A stretch of 64,000 nt of DNA from an uncultured bacterium (GCA_903831305.1 CAIKXE010000004.1:83524-147523); one strand, 5' to 3'; counted from the first letter of the stretch, positions 1 through 9,870 are shown. The notes: generated by a model not told the origin, from the sequence alone. Made by a program: numbers and translations.

Positions 1-7
1 GGAGAGG

Positions 8-1246
8 ATGAAAGGTTTAACAAAATACCACTCCGAATTTATTTCCTCAGAAGATTCAGAGGTCGTTGATTTATGGTTGGCAAACAGCTTTTCTCCAACA
101 ATGGGTTTAAACGGGGTGGTTGTTTATCGTGGTAATGGTGTTGATTTCAAATATGTTTTACACAATAAGGTTGCTGACTATCTAGATGAGTCTAAGGTTA
201 ATGATCTTCAGCCAAGGTGGGTAACCCCACAACTAGGAGTCGCTCTAGATTATGCTCATGATGACACTGGTGTTGGTGCTCAAGTCAGGGTTTATGAGTT
301 AACTGATGATATTTATCGCTATAATTTTAGTAACCGTAATGAAGAAGGGTCTTTGGGAGGAGATAAGGTTGAAGATCATAAATCGTATACCGACGAAGAG
401 GCGGCTAAACTGAAGCTGGAAAAGATGACCAATTTGCAATTGGCGGAAAACTTACTTAATCTTTATGTAGGCAACTCTATGAAGGAATTATCTGGTATTG
501 AGCCAAAAGAAAAAGAGTCTGGTATTATTAAAGACACGGGGGAAAGGGTGAGCTTTATAGAAAGTGAATATGTCCTAAGAAATAAGGATTTGAAAAATAA
601 TTTAGTATCGGTATATACTGAAATTACTGAGGGAAAACATAAAGGTAAGTGGAGAAGAATTTATCAACGACCGGGCTCAAACAATGAGCACCTACCTTTG
701 AAACAATATTTTTCTCATGATGATTTAAATCAGATTAGTTTAAAAACCGTTGCTAATCTTATTGCCAAAGGTAATGATTTTGGTTTTTTACAATTGGTGA
801 AAAATAACCCAGCCGTACTTGCTCAAGCCTTAAAGATGATTGAAACTAGTGGGGTTGATGTTAAAAAAATTCGTAGAGAATATGAGTCGCGGTTTAATCC
901 ATCCGTGGAGGACAAAAAAATTAGATTGATAGAAAAGGCGATTAATGATTTTGTTTTAACCCTGGCTGTTGATAATATTTTAGATCGCCAAAAAGGTATT
1001 AGTCGTACAGAAGAGCAAGAAAAAGATCTTAGGAGTGAGGTGTTACTAAAAAAAGTTAAAAATGTATTTGACCCACTTCATTTTATTTCTAAATATCAAG
1101 ATGGGTTACATCAAAAAAACAGGGAGTCTGTCAGTCAACGATTGTCAAAAAAGAGGGAAGAAATAAAATTAACCACCGATGAAGTTGGAGTTTTATACCA
1201 AGATATTTTAAAAAGATTAGAAGTTGAGTTTACTCTTCCACATTAA
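8..1246 (+). CDS. hypothetical protein (412 aa), no recognisable motif
   Basis: Long ORF with host-like AT-rich codon usage; converges on PBP gene. Confidence 0.45.
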   Translation: MKGLTKYHSEFISSEDSEVVDLWLANSFSPTMGLNGVVVYRGNGVDFKYVLHNKVADYLDESKVNDLQPRWVTPQLGVALDYAHDDTGVGAQVRVYELTDDIYRYNFSNRNEEGSLGGDKVEDHKSYTDEEAAKLKLEKMTNLQLAENLLNLYVGNSMKELSGIEPKEKESGIIKDTGERVSFIESEYVLRNKDLKNNLVSVYTEITEGKHKGKWRRIYQRPGSNNEHLPLKQYFSHDDLNQISLKTVANLIAKGNDFGFLQLVKNNPAVLAQALKMIETSGVDVKKIRREYESRFNPSVEDKKIRLIEKAINDFVLTLAVDNILDRQKGISRTEEQEKDLRSEVLLKKVKNVFDPLHFISKYQDGLHQKNRESVSQRLSKKREEIKLTTDEVGVLYQDILKRLEVEFTLPH

Positions 1247-3725
1247 AACTTACTTCCGTTTCACTTCTATTATAAACATAATCAGTGGCGAGGATTTTTA
1301 GAGTATTTGTGGTACTGATGGCTTTTATGTTTGCTGGAGTAAAAGAAAAAAGGAAAGGAGAAACAGAGGAAGAGCCAATATAGGTACTGTTTAAATAAAA
1401 ATCTAATTTAGAAATCGGGAAAGTATTCTGACTCGTGGTTTGGATAATTATTTTTTGGTTTATGTTATAAGTTTGGTTTTCAACTGGGCTGACAATGATG
1501 ACCTTGGGGCTTCGGGCGGGGGTGTGAATATCATCTTTGGTGGCGGGCTTTATAGGTTGAGTTAGGCTCTGCGTTTTTAGCCATTGTTGTACTGGATATT
1601 CCCAGTGATCAAATTGCGGATCGTCACTAGGGTTTTCCGGTACCGCGCCCCAAGGGTCGGCTTTGTTTACCCAGTATAATATTTCGTGTACATCTGGAAT
1701 ATAGACTTCTACTTTGGTTTCATCCGGGGTAAATTCTGTGGCCAATTTGCCAGATATTTTATCAACCGTAAAAAAATCATAACCTTGCCAAACACCTCGG
1801 AAAACTGGTTTTATTTCCTTGCTCGTTGGGGTTGGAGCCGTAAAATATTCTTTAGAAAAAGAGGGTAGAGCTTCATCCATAAAAGCGCGCCACATGGGAG
1901 CAATAACCATGCCAGCCACCTTTTTATCAATAGAGGTATTGTCATTGTTTCCCGCCCAAGACCCTACTACCAAGTTTGGGGTATAACCAACAATCCAAAC
2001 GTCACGGAAGTCGTTTGTTGTACCAGTTTTAACCGCCACTTGTCGGTCGGAAAAATAAAGAGGGGACCGCGTGCCATAGGCGGGGGTTCTGGCTATGTTG
2101 TCTGACAGAATATCAGATATTTTATTAGCACTTTCCTCAGATAAAACTGCTTCCGGGTTATAAGTAGCTTGTTCTAGTATTTCACCGATTGAATTTTCTA
2201 CTTTCAGAATAGAGAGATAAGGGTTTCTTACGCCGGCATTGGCAAAGACCCCATAAGCACTAGTGAGTTCTAAGGGCGAGACTTCGCCACCTCCTAACAC
2301 CAATGTCAGACCATACTGATTAGCATCACCAAGGCTAGTAATACCCATGTTGCGAGCGGTGTCTAAAGAGTCCTTCACACCAGCGAGGTAGAGGGCTTTA
2401 ATGGATGGAATGTTTCGGCTTTGGGCTAGGGCATCGCGCAGAGTTATAGGCCCTAAATATTTGCTATCATAATTTTCCGGCATATAACAATCTTCAGGAT
2501 TGGTGTCACCTATTGGTTTGCCTTGAGCAGTACAGGTGGTTTGAAATTCGGTTGGTAGGTCAAAAAGAACGGTTTCCGGGGTATAACCCTTATTAAAGGC
2601 GGTGGCATAAACAAAGGGTTTAAAGGTAGAACCTGGTTGGCGGTGAGCAAGGGCGACATTAAAGTTTCCCTGTATTTCTTTGTCAAAGTAGTCACGAGAA
2701 CCCACCATCACTAGTATTTCACCGGTTTTGGGATCAATAGCTACTAAGGCCGCATTTTCCGCATTATAACTTATCTTATTTTCTAAAGCGTATTTTTTTA
2801 CCACCGCTTCGGCTTTGGCTTGCAAATCATAATTTAAGGTAGTTATTACTTTTAGGCCGTCCTCTCGAACTGCTTTTTCTCCATATTTATCCTCTAAATA
2901 TTGTCTGACATATTCCACAAAGTGGGCAGCTTTGATACCGTTTGATTGCTTTGGTTGAAAAATCACCACTTCAGCCTTAGCGGTTTTATACTCAACGTCG
3001 GTAATCATTTTGTTTTCTAATAGTCGGGACAAGACTAGATTTTTTCGGTTGTCTAACTTATCTTTATTGTTTCCATAGGGAGAATAATAGGTTGGGGCGT
3101 TTGGGATGGCGGCCAGATAGGCCGCTTCGGCTAGGGTAACTGAAGCTGCGTTTTTCTTAAAGAAGGTCTGAGCGGCTTCTTCTACTCCATAAATACTACC
3201 ACCATAAGGATTTTCGTTTAGGTAGACGGACAGTATTTCGTCCTTACTCATAATGTTCTCTAGTCTGATGGCAAGTACCCACTCTTTTATTTTTCTAGAA
3301 ATAGCATATTCAGAAGTTAGTAAAGAATTTTTTACAACTTGTTGAGTAATGGTAGAGCCCCCTCCGACCCCGCCCATAAGGTGGGCCAAAGTGGCGCGAA
3401 TGATGGCCTTGATCTCTATCCCACCATGGCTATAAAAACCGGTATCCTCAATGGCGATGGTGGCATTTTTAATATAAGGGGAGATTTTTTCAAAGGAGAC
3501 AACCTGTCTTTTAATGTCTTGATTGAGGTCAAAAAGTAGTATTTCTCCGGTTCGATCATAGATTTTAGTGCTTTGGGAGACCGTTCTTTCTTCAAAAGAA
3601 CGCAAGTCTGGCATTTTAAAGGTAGAAATCCAGAAAGTGATAATACCCAAGCCAATAAAGCCTAGGCTGGCCAAGTAAATAATAGCTTTTTTATAGTGTT
3701 TTTTGATATGTCTCATAATTATCAT
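1230..3725 (-). CDS. mrcA: class A penicillin-binding protein (transglycosylase + transpeptidase) with C-terminal extension
   Basis: N-terminal TM; GT51 region (RKIKEWVLAIRLE...ILSVYLNENPYGG...GVEEAAQTFF); transpeptidase region with STFKP. Confidence 0.85.
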   Translation of the reverse strand: MIIMRHIKKHYKKAIIYLASLGFIGLGIITFWISTFKMPDLRSFEERTVSQSTKIYDRTGEILLFDLNQDIKRQVVSFEKISPYIKNATIAIEDTGFYSHGGIEIKAIIRATLAHLMGGVGGGSTITQQVVKNSLLTSEYAISRKIKEWVLAIRLENIMSKDEILSVYLNENPYGGSIYGVEEAAQTFFKKNAASVTLAEAAYLAAIPNAPTYYSPYGNNKDKLDNRKNLVLSRLLENKMITDVEYKTAKAEVVIFQPKQSNGIKAAHFVEYVRQYLEDKYGEKAVREDGLKVITTLNYDLQAKAEAVVKKYALENKISYNAENAALVAIDPKTGEILVMVGSRDYFDKEIQGNFNVALAHRQPGSTFKPFVYATAFNKGYTPETVLFDLPTEFQTTCTAQGKPIGDTNPEDCYMPENYDSKYLGPITLRDALAQSRNIPSIKALYLAGVKDSLDTARNMGITSLGDANQYGLTLVLGGGEVSPLELTSAYGVFANAGVRNPYLSILKVENSIGEILEQATYNPEAVLSEESANKISDILSDNIARTPAYGTRSPLYFSDRQVAVKTGTTNDFRDVWIVGYTPNLVVGSWAGNNDNTSIDKKVAGMVIAPMWRAFMDEALPSFSKEYFTAPTPTSKEIKPVFRGVWQGYDFFTVDKISGKLATEFTPDETKVEVYIPDVHEILYWVNKADPWGAVPENPSDDPQFDHWEYPVQQWLKTQSLTQPIKPATKDDIHTPARSPKVIIVSPVENQTYNINQKIIIQTTSQNTFPISKLDFYLNSTYIGSSSVSPFLFSFTPANIKAISTTNTLKILATDYVYNRSETEVSFNVEE

Positions 3726-3778
3726 TATTGTAGCATAAATTTCGGGACAAAGTAAAAAAAATATGTTAGATTTTAATT

Positions 3779-4981
3779 ATGAAAATAGACACTAATATAA
3801 AAAAAATAGATGAATTTCTTACTCGCGCTGTTGAGCATATTTATCCTAACGAAGATTTTTTAAGAAAGAAGCTTTTGTCAGGAGAAAGGCAGACCGTTTA
3901 TTTAGGAATTGATCCAACTGGCCCAACTTTGCATATGGGGCACGCCGTAGTTTTAAAAAAACTTCGAGACCTCCAAAGACTTGGCCACAAAATTATTCTT
4001 TTGATTGGTGATTTTACTGCGACAATTGGTGATCCAGACAAGCTTTCCGTCCGTAAGCCGCTTACAAGAAAGGAAGTCTTAAATAATGCTAAATATTATA
4101 AAAAACAAGCCTCAAGGTTTTTGAATTTTGGTTGGGGTGGTGCTGAGTTAAAGTATAATTCCAAATGGTTGGCCAGTCTTTCTTTTGAGGATTTGTTAAA
4201 ACTTTCTTCCCACCTTACTTATTCTCAGGTCATTAAGCGCTCAATGTTTCAGGAGCGTATAAAGGAGGATCGGGACATATATCTTAATGAGTTTATGTAT
4301 CCGCTTATGCAGGGTTATGACTCTGTGGTCATGAATGTTGATGGTGAGATAGGAGGAAATGACCAAGTTTATAATATGTTGGTTGGACGTGATCTTATAA
4401 AAAAGATAAATAATAAAGAAAAGTTTGTTATCGGGACAAAGTTATTAGTTGATCCAACCGGAGTTAAGATGGGTAAGACCACTGGTAATATGATTACTAT
4501 GCAGGATAACGCCTCGGATATTTTTGGTAAGGTAATGAGCTGGCCGGATTCAATGCTTCTTCTGGGGTTTGAATTATGCACTGATGTCTCAATGGAGGAA
4601 ATAGAAAAGATCAAACAACAGATTTTAGCCGGGGTAAACCCACGAGATTTGAAAGTGCACTTGGCTAAGGAGATTGTCACTATTTACCATAGCCGAGCAG
4701 AGGCGGATAAAGCGGAGGCGGATTTTGTGAAGACTTTTAAAGAGGGCGGCCTGCCAGAAAAGATTGATGAGGTGTCAGCGGCTAACGGGGAATTACTTTC
4801 TGAACTTTCCGTTAAAGCCGGTTTGGTAAAATCCAAGGGGGAGTTTAGACGCCTGGTGCTTGAGGGGGCGGTGGCTAATCAGGAGACAGGAGATAAAATA
4901 AGCGACCCAAACTGGAAAGTTATTTCTACCGCCATATTTAAAATTGGGAAAAGGCGTTTTTTGAAGGTTGTGATTAAGTAA
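3779..4981 (+). CDS. tyrS: tyrosyl-tRNA synthetase
   Basis: HIGH motif (HMGH), KMSKS motif (KMGKT), C-terminal S4-like domain. Confidence 0.9.
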   Translation: MKIDTNIKKIDEFLTRAVEHIYPNEDFLRKKLLSGERQTVYLGIDPTGPTLHMGHAVVLKKLRDLQRLGHKIILLIGDFTATIGDPDKLSVRKPLTRKEVLNNAKYYKKQASRFLNFGWGGAELKYNSKWLASLSFEDLLKLSSHLTYSQVIKRSMFQERIKEDRDIYLNEFMYPLMQGYDSVVMNVDGEIGGNDQVYNMLVGRDLIKKINNKEKFVIGTKLLVDPTGVKMGKTTGNMITMQDNASDIFGKVMSWPDSMLLLGFELCTDVSMEEIEKIKQQILAGVNPRDLKVHLAKEIVTIYHSRAEADKAEADFVKTFKEGGLPEKIDEVSAANGELLSELSVKAGLVKSKGEFRRLVLEGAVANQETGDKISDPNWKVISTAIFKIGKRRFLKVVIK

Positions 4982-5175
4982 GTAAAAAAGAGAAGATTGT
5001 TTGATTTTAAAATGTCTGGCCGAAGTTCTGACGAGGTGAGGATTGGTATGGGACCCAATCCGCAAGACTCATTGAGAGATTCTGTCTTCAGAAGATCCAA
5101 TGAGTGGACTGCCTCTGTAAGAGGATCCGAGGACTTTTAAAATTAAATAATCTTCTCTTTTTGTTTTGCCAAAAT

Positions 5176-5245
5176 AAAAACCCCAGGAAAATCCTCTTCG
5201 TTTAACGTCAGAACTAATCACTACGAGGAAATTCCTGGGGTTTTT
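5176..5245. terminator. long imperfect hairpin plus U/A runs; bidirectional terminator between tyrS and convergent small ORF
   Basis: aaaaaccccaggaa...ttcctggggttttt with extended arms. Confidence 0.6.
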
Positions 5246-5256
5246 ATTTAATTAGA

Positions 5257-5433
5257 TTAAAAATTATCAACGTCATTATATTCGCTAAACTCTTCCGTAA
5301 AGGTATCCTCCACAATCGCCGGATCAATCACGGCATCATCGCCGATCGGGCCATCTTCTTCGGTGGACTCCTTACCCCCTTTCTTTTTGGTGATGACTTC
5401 ATCATCAACCACTACGCCTTTTTTCTTTGCCAT
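5257..5433 (-). CDS. small acidic hypothetical protein (58 aa)
   Basis: ATG...TAA ORF below the ORF-track cutoff; MAKKKGVVVDDEVITKKKGG...; no homolog recognised. Confidence 0.3.
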   Translation of the reverse strand: MAKKKGVVVDDEVITKKKGGKESTEEDGPIGDDAVIDPAIVEDTFTEEFSEYNDVDNF

Positions 5434-5609
5434 TTGTTCTGTTAAATTTTCTACTATGACTTGGATTTACCCAAGCTTTATAGAAACTTTTTATTAAACT
5501 TGTAATTTATTTTATCCCACTAAAAGTATCTTAATGAGAAGATTTTTATATTAATAGCAAATTTGAAAATGTTTGCAAGGGGTCAAGGGTATAACCCCTG
5601 TGGAAAACT

Positions 5610-6101
5610 CTATTGTCGGTGGCAGGCAAAGTAGGTGAGACCGGTGGCGATGGCATCATACTCATCGTCATATTTGATTTTTTCGGTTATTGTTATGAGC
5701 TTTTTTACCATCATTATGACTTGGCTCTTATCACTTTTACCATAACCAGTGACCGCTACTTTTATTTGTAGGGGGGTAAATTCTTTTATATCCAAATTAT
5801 TTTTAGCGGCCTCGTAAAGCATTACTCCCCGGGCTTCAGATACCCGCATGGCGGTTTTGGCGTTGGTTTTAAAAAAGAGGGTCTCAATCGCCAGGGCCTC
5901 TGGCGCATATTTTTTAATTAAAGTGGATATTTCTATACCAATCAGGTGCAGTCTCTCTTCGGCGGTCTCGGTGGCCAAAGTTTTAAAACATTCAGAAAAA
6001 AGAAGGACTTCTTTTCCGTTGTTTTTTTCGAGGATAGCAATACCCACTCGTTCATAACCAGGATCAATGGCAATAATTTTCATATTATGATTATAACACA
6101 A
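5610..6101 (-). CDS. ruvC: crossover junction endodeoxyribonuclease RuvC
   Basis: MKIIAIDPGYERVGIAIL N-terminus typical of RuvC. Confidence 0.88.
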   Translation of the reverse strand: MCYNHNMKIIAIDPGYERVGIAILEKNNGKEVLLFSECFKTLATETAEERLHLIGIEISTLIKKYAPEALAIETLFFKTNAKTAMRVSEARGVMLYEAAKNNLDIKEFTPLQIKVAVTGYGKSDKSQVIMMVKKLITITEKIKYDDEYDAIATGLTYFACHRQ

Positions 6102-6152
6102 CCGCCCCGGTCATCAGAATGACCACCCCGCCTTAACTAAGGCGGGGATTAG
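6096..6152. repeat. two-hairpin miniature repeat element, copy A
   Basis: CACAACCGCCCC-GGTCATCAGAATGACC-ACCCCGCCTTAACTAAGGCGGGG; related copies at 20581-20640 and inside polA. Confidence 0.6.
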
Positions 6153-6170
6153 TTGGAATAATAGTAGCTA

Positions 6171-6695
6171 TTATTCTGCATTCGTATAAATTTCCTGCAC
6201 CTCATCATTGTCTTCTAGCTCTTCAATCAGTTTGTCTAATTTGAAGCCATCTTCTTCGGAAATTTCTACCATGGTATTTGGCATATAGCCTTCAGGGGTT
6301 TTAGTAAAAGCCCAAGAGGCACTCCCTGGAGCAGCCAAGGCACAGCCATTGGCGGAAAGAATGTGTTTGATTTCGCCAGCCGCCTTATTCCTATTATCCG
6401 TCAAAGCTTCAATCATCAGAGCTACTCCGCCTGGGCCGTAAGCCTCATACATGATGGATTCCATCTGTGTGGCATTGTCACTCTTTTTTAAGGCGCGTTC
6501 AATATTTTCATTTGGCACATTGTATTCCCGCGCCTTCTTAACCGCGGCTTGCACACCAGCCGCTTTGATATCACCGTTAGCTTTTTTAATTTCCACACCA
6601 ATCACCTTGGCCATCTTGGTATAGATTTTACCCTTACGGGCATCAGTGACCATTTTCTTATTCTTGATTTTTGACCATTTATTATGTCCAGACAT
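6171..6695 (-). CDS. yebC: YebC/PmpR family DNA-binding regulator (short, 174 aa)
   Basis: MSGHNKWSKIKNKK...EAYGPGGVA signature; sits between ruvC and ruvB as in many bacteria. Confidence 0.75.
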   Translation of the reverse strand: MSGHNKWSKIKNKKMVTDARKGKIYTKMAKVIGVEIKKANGDIKAAGVQAAVKKAREYNVPNENIERALKKSDNATQMESIMYEAYGPGGVALMIEALTDNRNKAAGEIKHILSANGCALAAPGSASWAFTKTPEGYMPNTMVEISEEDGFKLDKLIEELEDNDEVQEIYTNAE

Positions 6696-6714
6696 ATTAT
6701 TTTAGAAAATATTT

Positions 6715-7776
6715 TTATAAAAGTTTATTCGGGTTCTTTAACTTGAGATGCTGCTTGGCGCGCTCGGTGATGGTCCGGCCACGGGAAGTCCTCTCAATAA
6801 AACCAAGTTGAAGCAGGTATGGTTCATACACATCTTCAATCGTCGCTTGTTCTTCTGACAGAGCGGCGGCTAGGGTGTTTAGCCCTACTGGCCCACCGTT
6901 AAACTTTTCTTCAATCACGGTGAGGAGGGCGCGGTCAGTGGCATTCAAGCCCACCTCATCAATCCCCAGGAGGTTAAGGGCCTCCATCACGGTTTCTTTA
7001 GATAATTTACTCTCTCGGACTTGAGCCAAATCCCGGCTTCTCTTTAACAAATAGTTGGCAGTGCGGGGAGTAAACCTACTTCTCTTAGCAATCTCAGTTT
7101 TGGCTTCGGTCTCAATATCCACTTTTAGTATTTTAGCGGAGCGATGAATAATTTCCTCTATTTCTTCATTAGTATAAAATTCTAGTTTAAAAACTCCACC
7201 GGAAAAACGCGAACGGAGCGGGGCCGAGAGTAGGGCAATACGAGTGGTGGCGGCAATTAAAGTAAAAGGGGGGAGATCAAGCTGAATTGTTCTAGCTGAT
7301 GGTCCCTTACCAATAATAATATCCAGAGAGCCGGACTCCATGGCCGGGTAGAGCACCTCTTCAATTGCTTTATTGAGTCGGTGAATCTCATCAATGAATA
7401 AAATATCACCGGGGGATAGGTTTGTCAGGATACTTGCTAGGTCACCCACCTTTTCTATGGCGGGACCGGAGGTCGCTTTGAGCTGAGCGCGAGTTTCTTT
7501 GGCAATTAAATGGGCCAGGGTGGTTTTACCGAGTCCGGGCGGACCATAAAAAAGTAAATGTTCTGGCGGGTGCTTCCTTTGAGCCGCGGCCGTTAGCAAA
7601 ATTTGCAGATTATCTTTGATGTTCTTCTGGCCGATATAGTCCTTCCAAATAGTGGGCCTAAGGGTCTGATCTAGGAAGTTTACATCCCCTTCACGGCTAG
7701 CCACTACGTCCGTATCCTGGCTTGTTTGTTCAGTCTTTTGACTTTTAGTAATAGAATCTTTGTTTTTGCTTGACAT
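6715..7776 (-). CDS. ruvB: Holliday junction branch migration helicase RuvB
   Basis: Walker A GPPGLGKTT, AAA+ lid, C-terminal winged helix. Confidence 0.92.
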   Translation of the reverse strand: MSSKNKDSITKSQKTEQTSQDTDVVASREGDVNFLDQTLRPTIWKDYIGQKNIKDNLQILLTAAAQRKHPPEHLLFYGPPGLGKTTLAHLIAKETRAQLKATSGPAIEKVGDLASILTNLSPGDILFIDEIHRLNKAIEEVLYPAMESGSLDIIIGKGPSARTIQLDLPPFTLIAATTRIALLSAPLRSRFSGGVFKLEFYTNEEIEEIIHRSAKILKVDIETEAKTEIAKRSRFTPRTANYLLKRSRDLAQVRESKLSKETVMEALNLLGIDEVGLNATDRALLTVIEEKFNGGPVGLNTLAAALSEEQATIEDVYEPYLLQLGFIERTSRGRTITERAKQHLKLKNPNKLL

Positions 7777-7847
7777 ATTTTTTGTTTTATGCTAAGCTAC
7801 TATAAGAAGCCTATGGTGCGTGTCGGAGGCTTTTTTTTGTACCTTTC

Positions 7848-8012
7848 CAGAGTATAAATCTCTAAGCAATTGGATCGTTTGCGCGGTTTACGAATTTTTC
7901 CGAGAGGACGGCCTGGTCTACACCTTCGGGTGCTCTGCGAGACCTATCCTTTAAGAACTGTTTAACTTTTGGTATCTAATATTGAAAGTATTGCTTAGAG
8001 ATTTATGTTCTG
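7848..8012. repeat. 17-nt perfect inverted repeat (ataaatctctaagcaat / attgcttagagatttat) enclosing a ~120-nt GC-richer core with a cUUCGg loop
   Basis: seen directly in sequence; see findings. Confidence 0.5.
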
Positions 8013-8102
8013 GATTCTCTATTTCTTTATACTAGAACTATTTTTAATATTTGCAACTGTGGAAAAGTTTTAAGACACAAGATTTTACTCTAGTGAAGCT
8101 GA

Positions 8103-9788
8103 TTAGTCACGACTTTCAATATCAATCACCCGCCCAAGCTCATCGAGTGAGCTTACTCCCTTCAAAATTCTGATCACGCCGTCTTGTTTCATATCTAAAA
8201 GATTTTGTGAGGCAGCCGCGGCCTTGATATCGCGATCCGAAGGGTTGTTAATAATAGCGTCCTCCACTTCCTTTTTCATCAAAATTACTTCTGTAATAGC
8301 AATACGCCCTTTATAGCCAGTTTTGTGACAGACTTCACAACCCACTGCTTGCCAGATCTTTTCAGTTTGAATATTAGCTAAATAAGTCTTGTCAGTAATA
8401 GTGGAGAGGGTGTGGTCAATAAATTCTTTTTCCTTGGCTGTTGGGGTGACCTGCGCTTTACAGTTGTTGCAGAGTTTTCTGATAAGTCTCTGGGCCATGG
8501 CCACGTTGATAGCGGAAGAAATAATTTTTGGGTTCACTCCGAGGTCAATCAGACGGGGGAAAGCACCCGCGGCGGTGTTGGTGTGCAAAGTAGAGAAGAC
8601 CAGGTGACCAGTCAAGGCGGAGTTGATAGCGATAGTAGCGGTTTCACCATCACGGATTTCTCCCACCATTATTACATCTGGATCCTGGCGCAAGGCGGAA
8701 CGCAAACCTGAAAGAAAAGTATAATCTTTTTCTTCTTCTACTTGGGTTTGGACAATACCTGGTAGGTGATATTCGATCGGATCTTCAATGGTAATTATCT
8801 TTACATCAGGAGAGCTGATCTTTTTCATAAAAGCATAGAGGGTCGTGGTTTTACCAGAGCCGGTGGGACCCGTGATGAGGAGCATGCCGTTTGGTCTCTT
8901 GATTTGTTCCAGTAAGGATTTTAAAGTGCGGTCTTCAATCCCAAGCTCTTCGATCGGCACAGCAATTGATTTTGGGTTTAAAAGTCTCATCACAATACTT
9001 TCATTATAGGCACCTGGTAAAACAGAGGAGCGGATTTCAATATCGTTATCTTGTATTTTGACACTAAAACGCCCATCCTGGGAGGTATTTTTTATGTTTA
9101 ATTTCATCCCGGACAATAATTTTATGCGGGACAAAAGTAATTCGTATGTATCAGTATCAAATTCAAAGACACTGATGAGCACGCCATCCAGTCTGAAGCG
9201 GATCCGGACATAAGCTTCTTCTGGCTCCACGTGAATATCAGAAGCGGAGAGGGCCAGGGCACCAGCGATCATTACTTCCATCATCTTGGAAATCTTATAA
9301 GCCTTTTTAAGGGACAAAATTTCCTTGATAATAGCTGTAACATCATCAACCTTTTTGATTTTATTCATATATTGAAGCACTTGGTCGGTAGAAATATCAA
9401 AAGTTCCGGCTGTGCTGTTTACTGCGTAAGATAAATCCTTATAGCGGTCCCAAGCCTTTGCTAGGCTAGCGGTGGTGGCCATGCTGGTCTGTATTTTATA
9501 ACCTTCATCAGCTAATTTTTTTAAAATAATGATTGCCTTATCATTCTTGGGTGAAAATACAGCGACTTGGATTTTTTTACCCACTTTTTCATAAACCGCT
9601 ATCTTTGCCTCACGAGCAAGCTCCTCCGGAATCAAACGAAGGGCGTCAGTATTTATCGGCACCGGCTTAAGATCAATAAAATTTAAACCATACCTAGTGG
9701 CTAGAATACGAATAACATCGTCTTCCTCTTTTTTATAGAGCTCTTCTAGACGCTTGGCTTGTTTATCTTCGTTAGCAAAGTCTGACAT
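8103..9788 (-). CDS. pilB: type IV pilus assembly ATPase PilB / GspE family
   Basis: Walker A GPTGSGKTT, Asp/His boxes, C-terminal Cys4 tetrad (CNNC...CEVC). Confidence 0.88.
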   Translation of the reverse strand: MSDFANEDKQAKRLEELYKKEEDDVIRILATRYGLNFIDLKPVPINTDALRLIPEELAREAKIAVYEKVGKKIQVAVFSPKNDKAIIILKKLADEGYKIQTSMATTASLAKAWDRYKDLSYAVNSTAGTFDISTDQVLQYMNKIKKVDDVTAIIKEILSLKKAYKISKMMEVMIAGALALSASDIHVEPEEAYVRIRFRLDGVLISVFEFDTDTYELLLSRIKLLSGMKLNIKNTSQDGRFSVKIQDNDIEIRSSVLPGAYNESIVMRLLNPKSIAVPIEELGIEDRTLKSLLEQIKRPNGMLLITGPTGSGKTTTLYAFMKKISSPDVKIITIEDPIEYHLPGIVQTQVEEEKDYTFLSGLRSALRQDPDVIMVGEIRDGETATIAINSALTGHLVFSTLHTNTAAGAFPRLIDLGVNPKIISSAINVAMAQRLIRKLCNNCKAQVTPTAKEKEFIDHTLSTITDKTYLANIQTEKIWQAVGCEVCHKTGYKGRIAITEVILMKKEVEDAIINNPSDRDIKAAAASQNLLDMKQDGVIRILKGVSSLDELGRVIDIESRD

Positions 9789-9841
9789 ACCAATATTATA
9801 ACATAAATGAATTTTAGATGTTAGGTTATAAGTATACTTTA

Positions 9842-9870
9842 TTGACAGATAATAGAGTGTGTGCTACTAT
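9842..9870 (+). promoter_or_regulatory. sigma70-like promoter TTGACA-17-TACTAT upstream of GC-rich lipoprotein ORF
   Basis: hexamers read directly; SD AGGAGG 7 nt before ATG at 9955. Confidence 0.5.
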
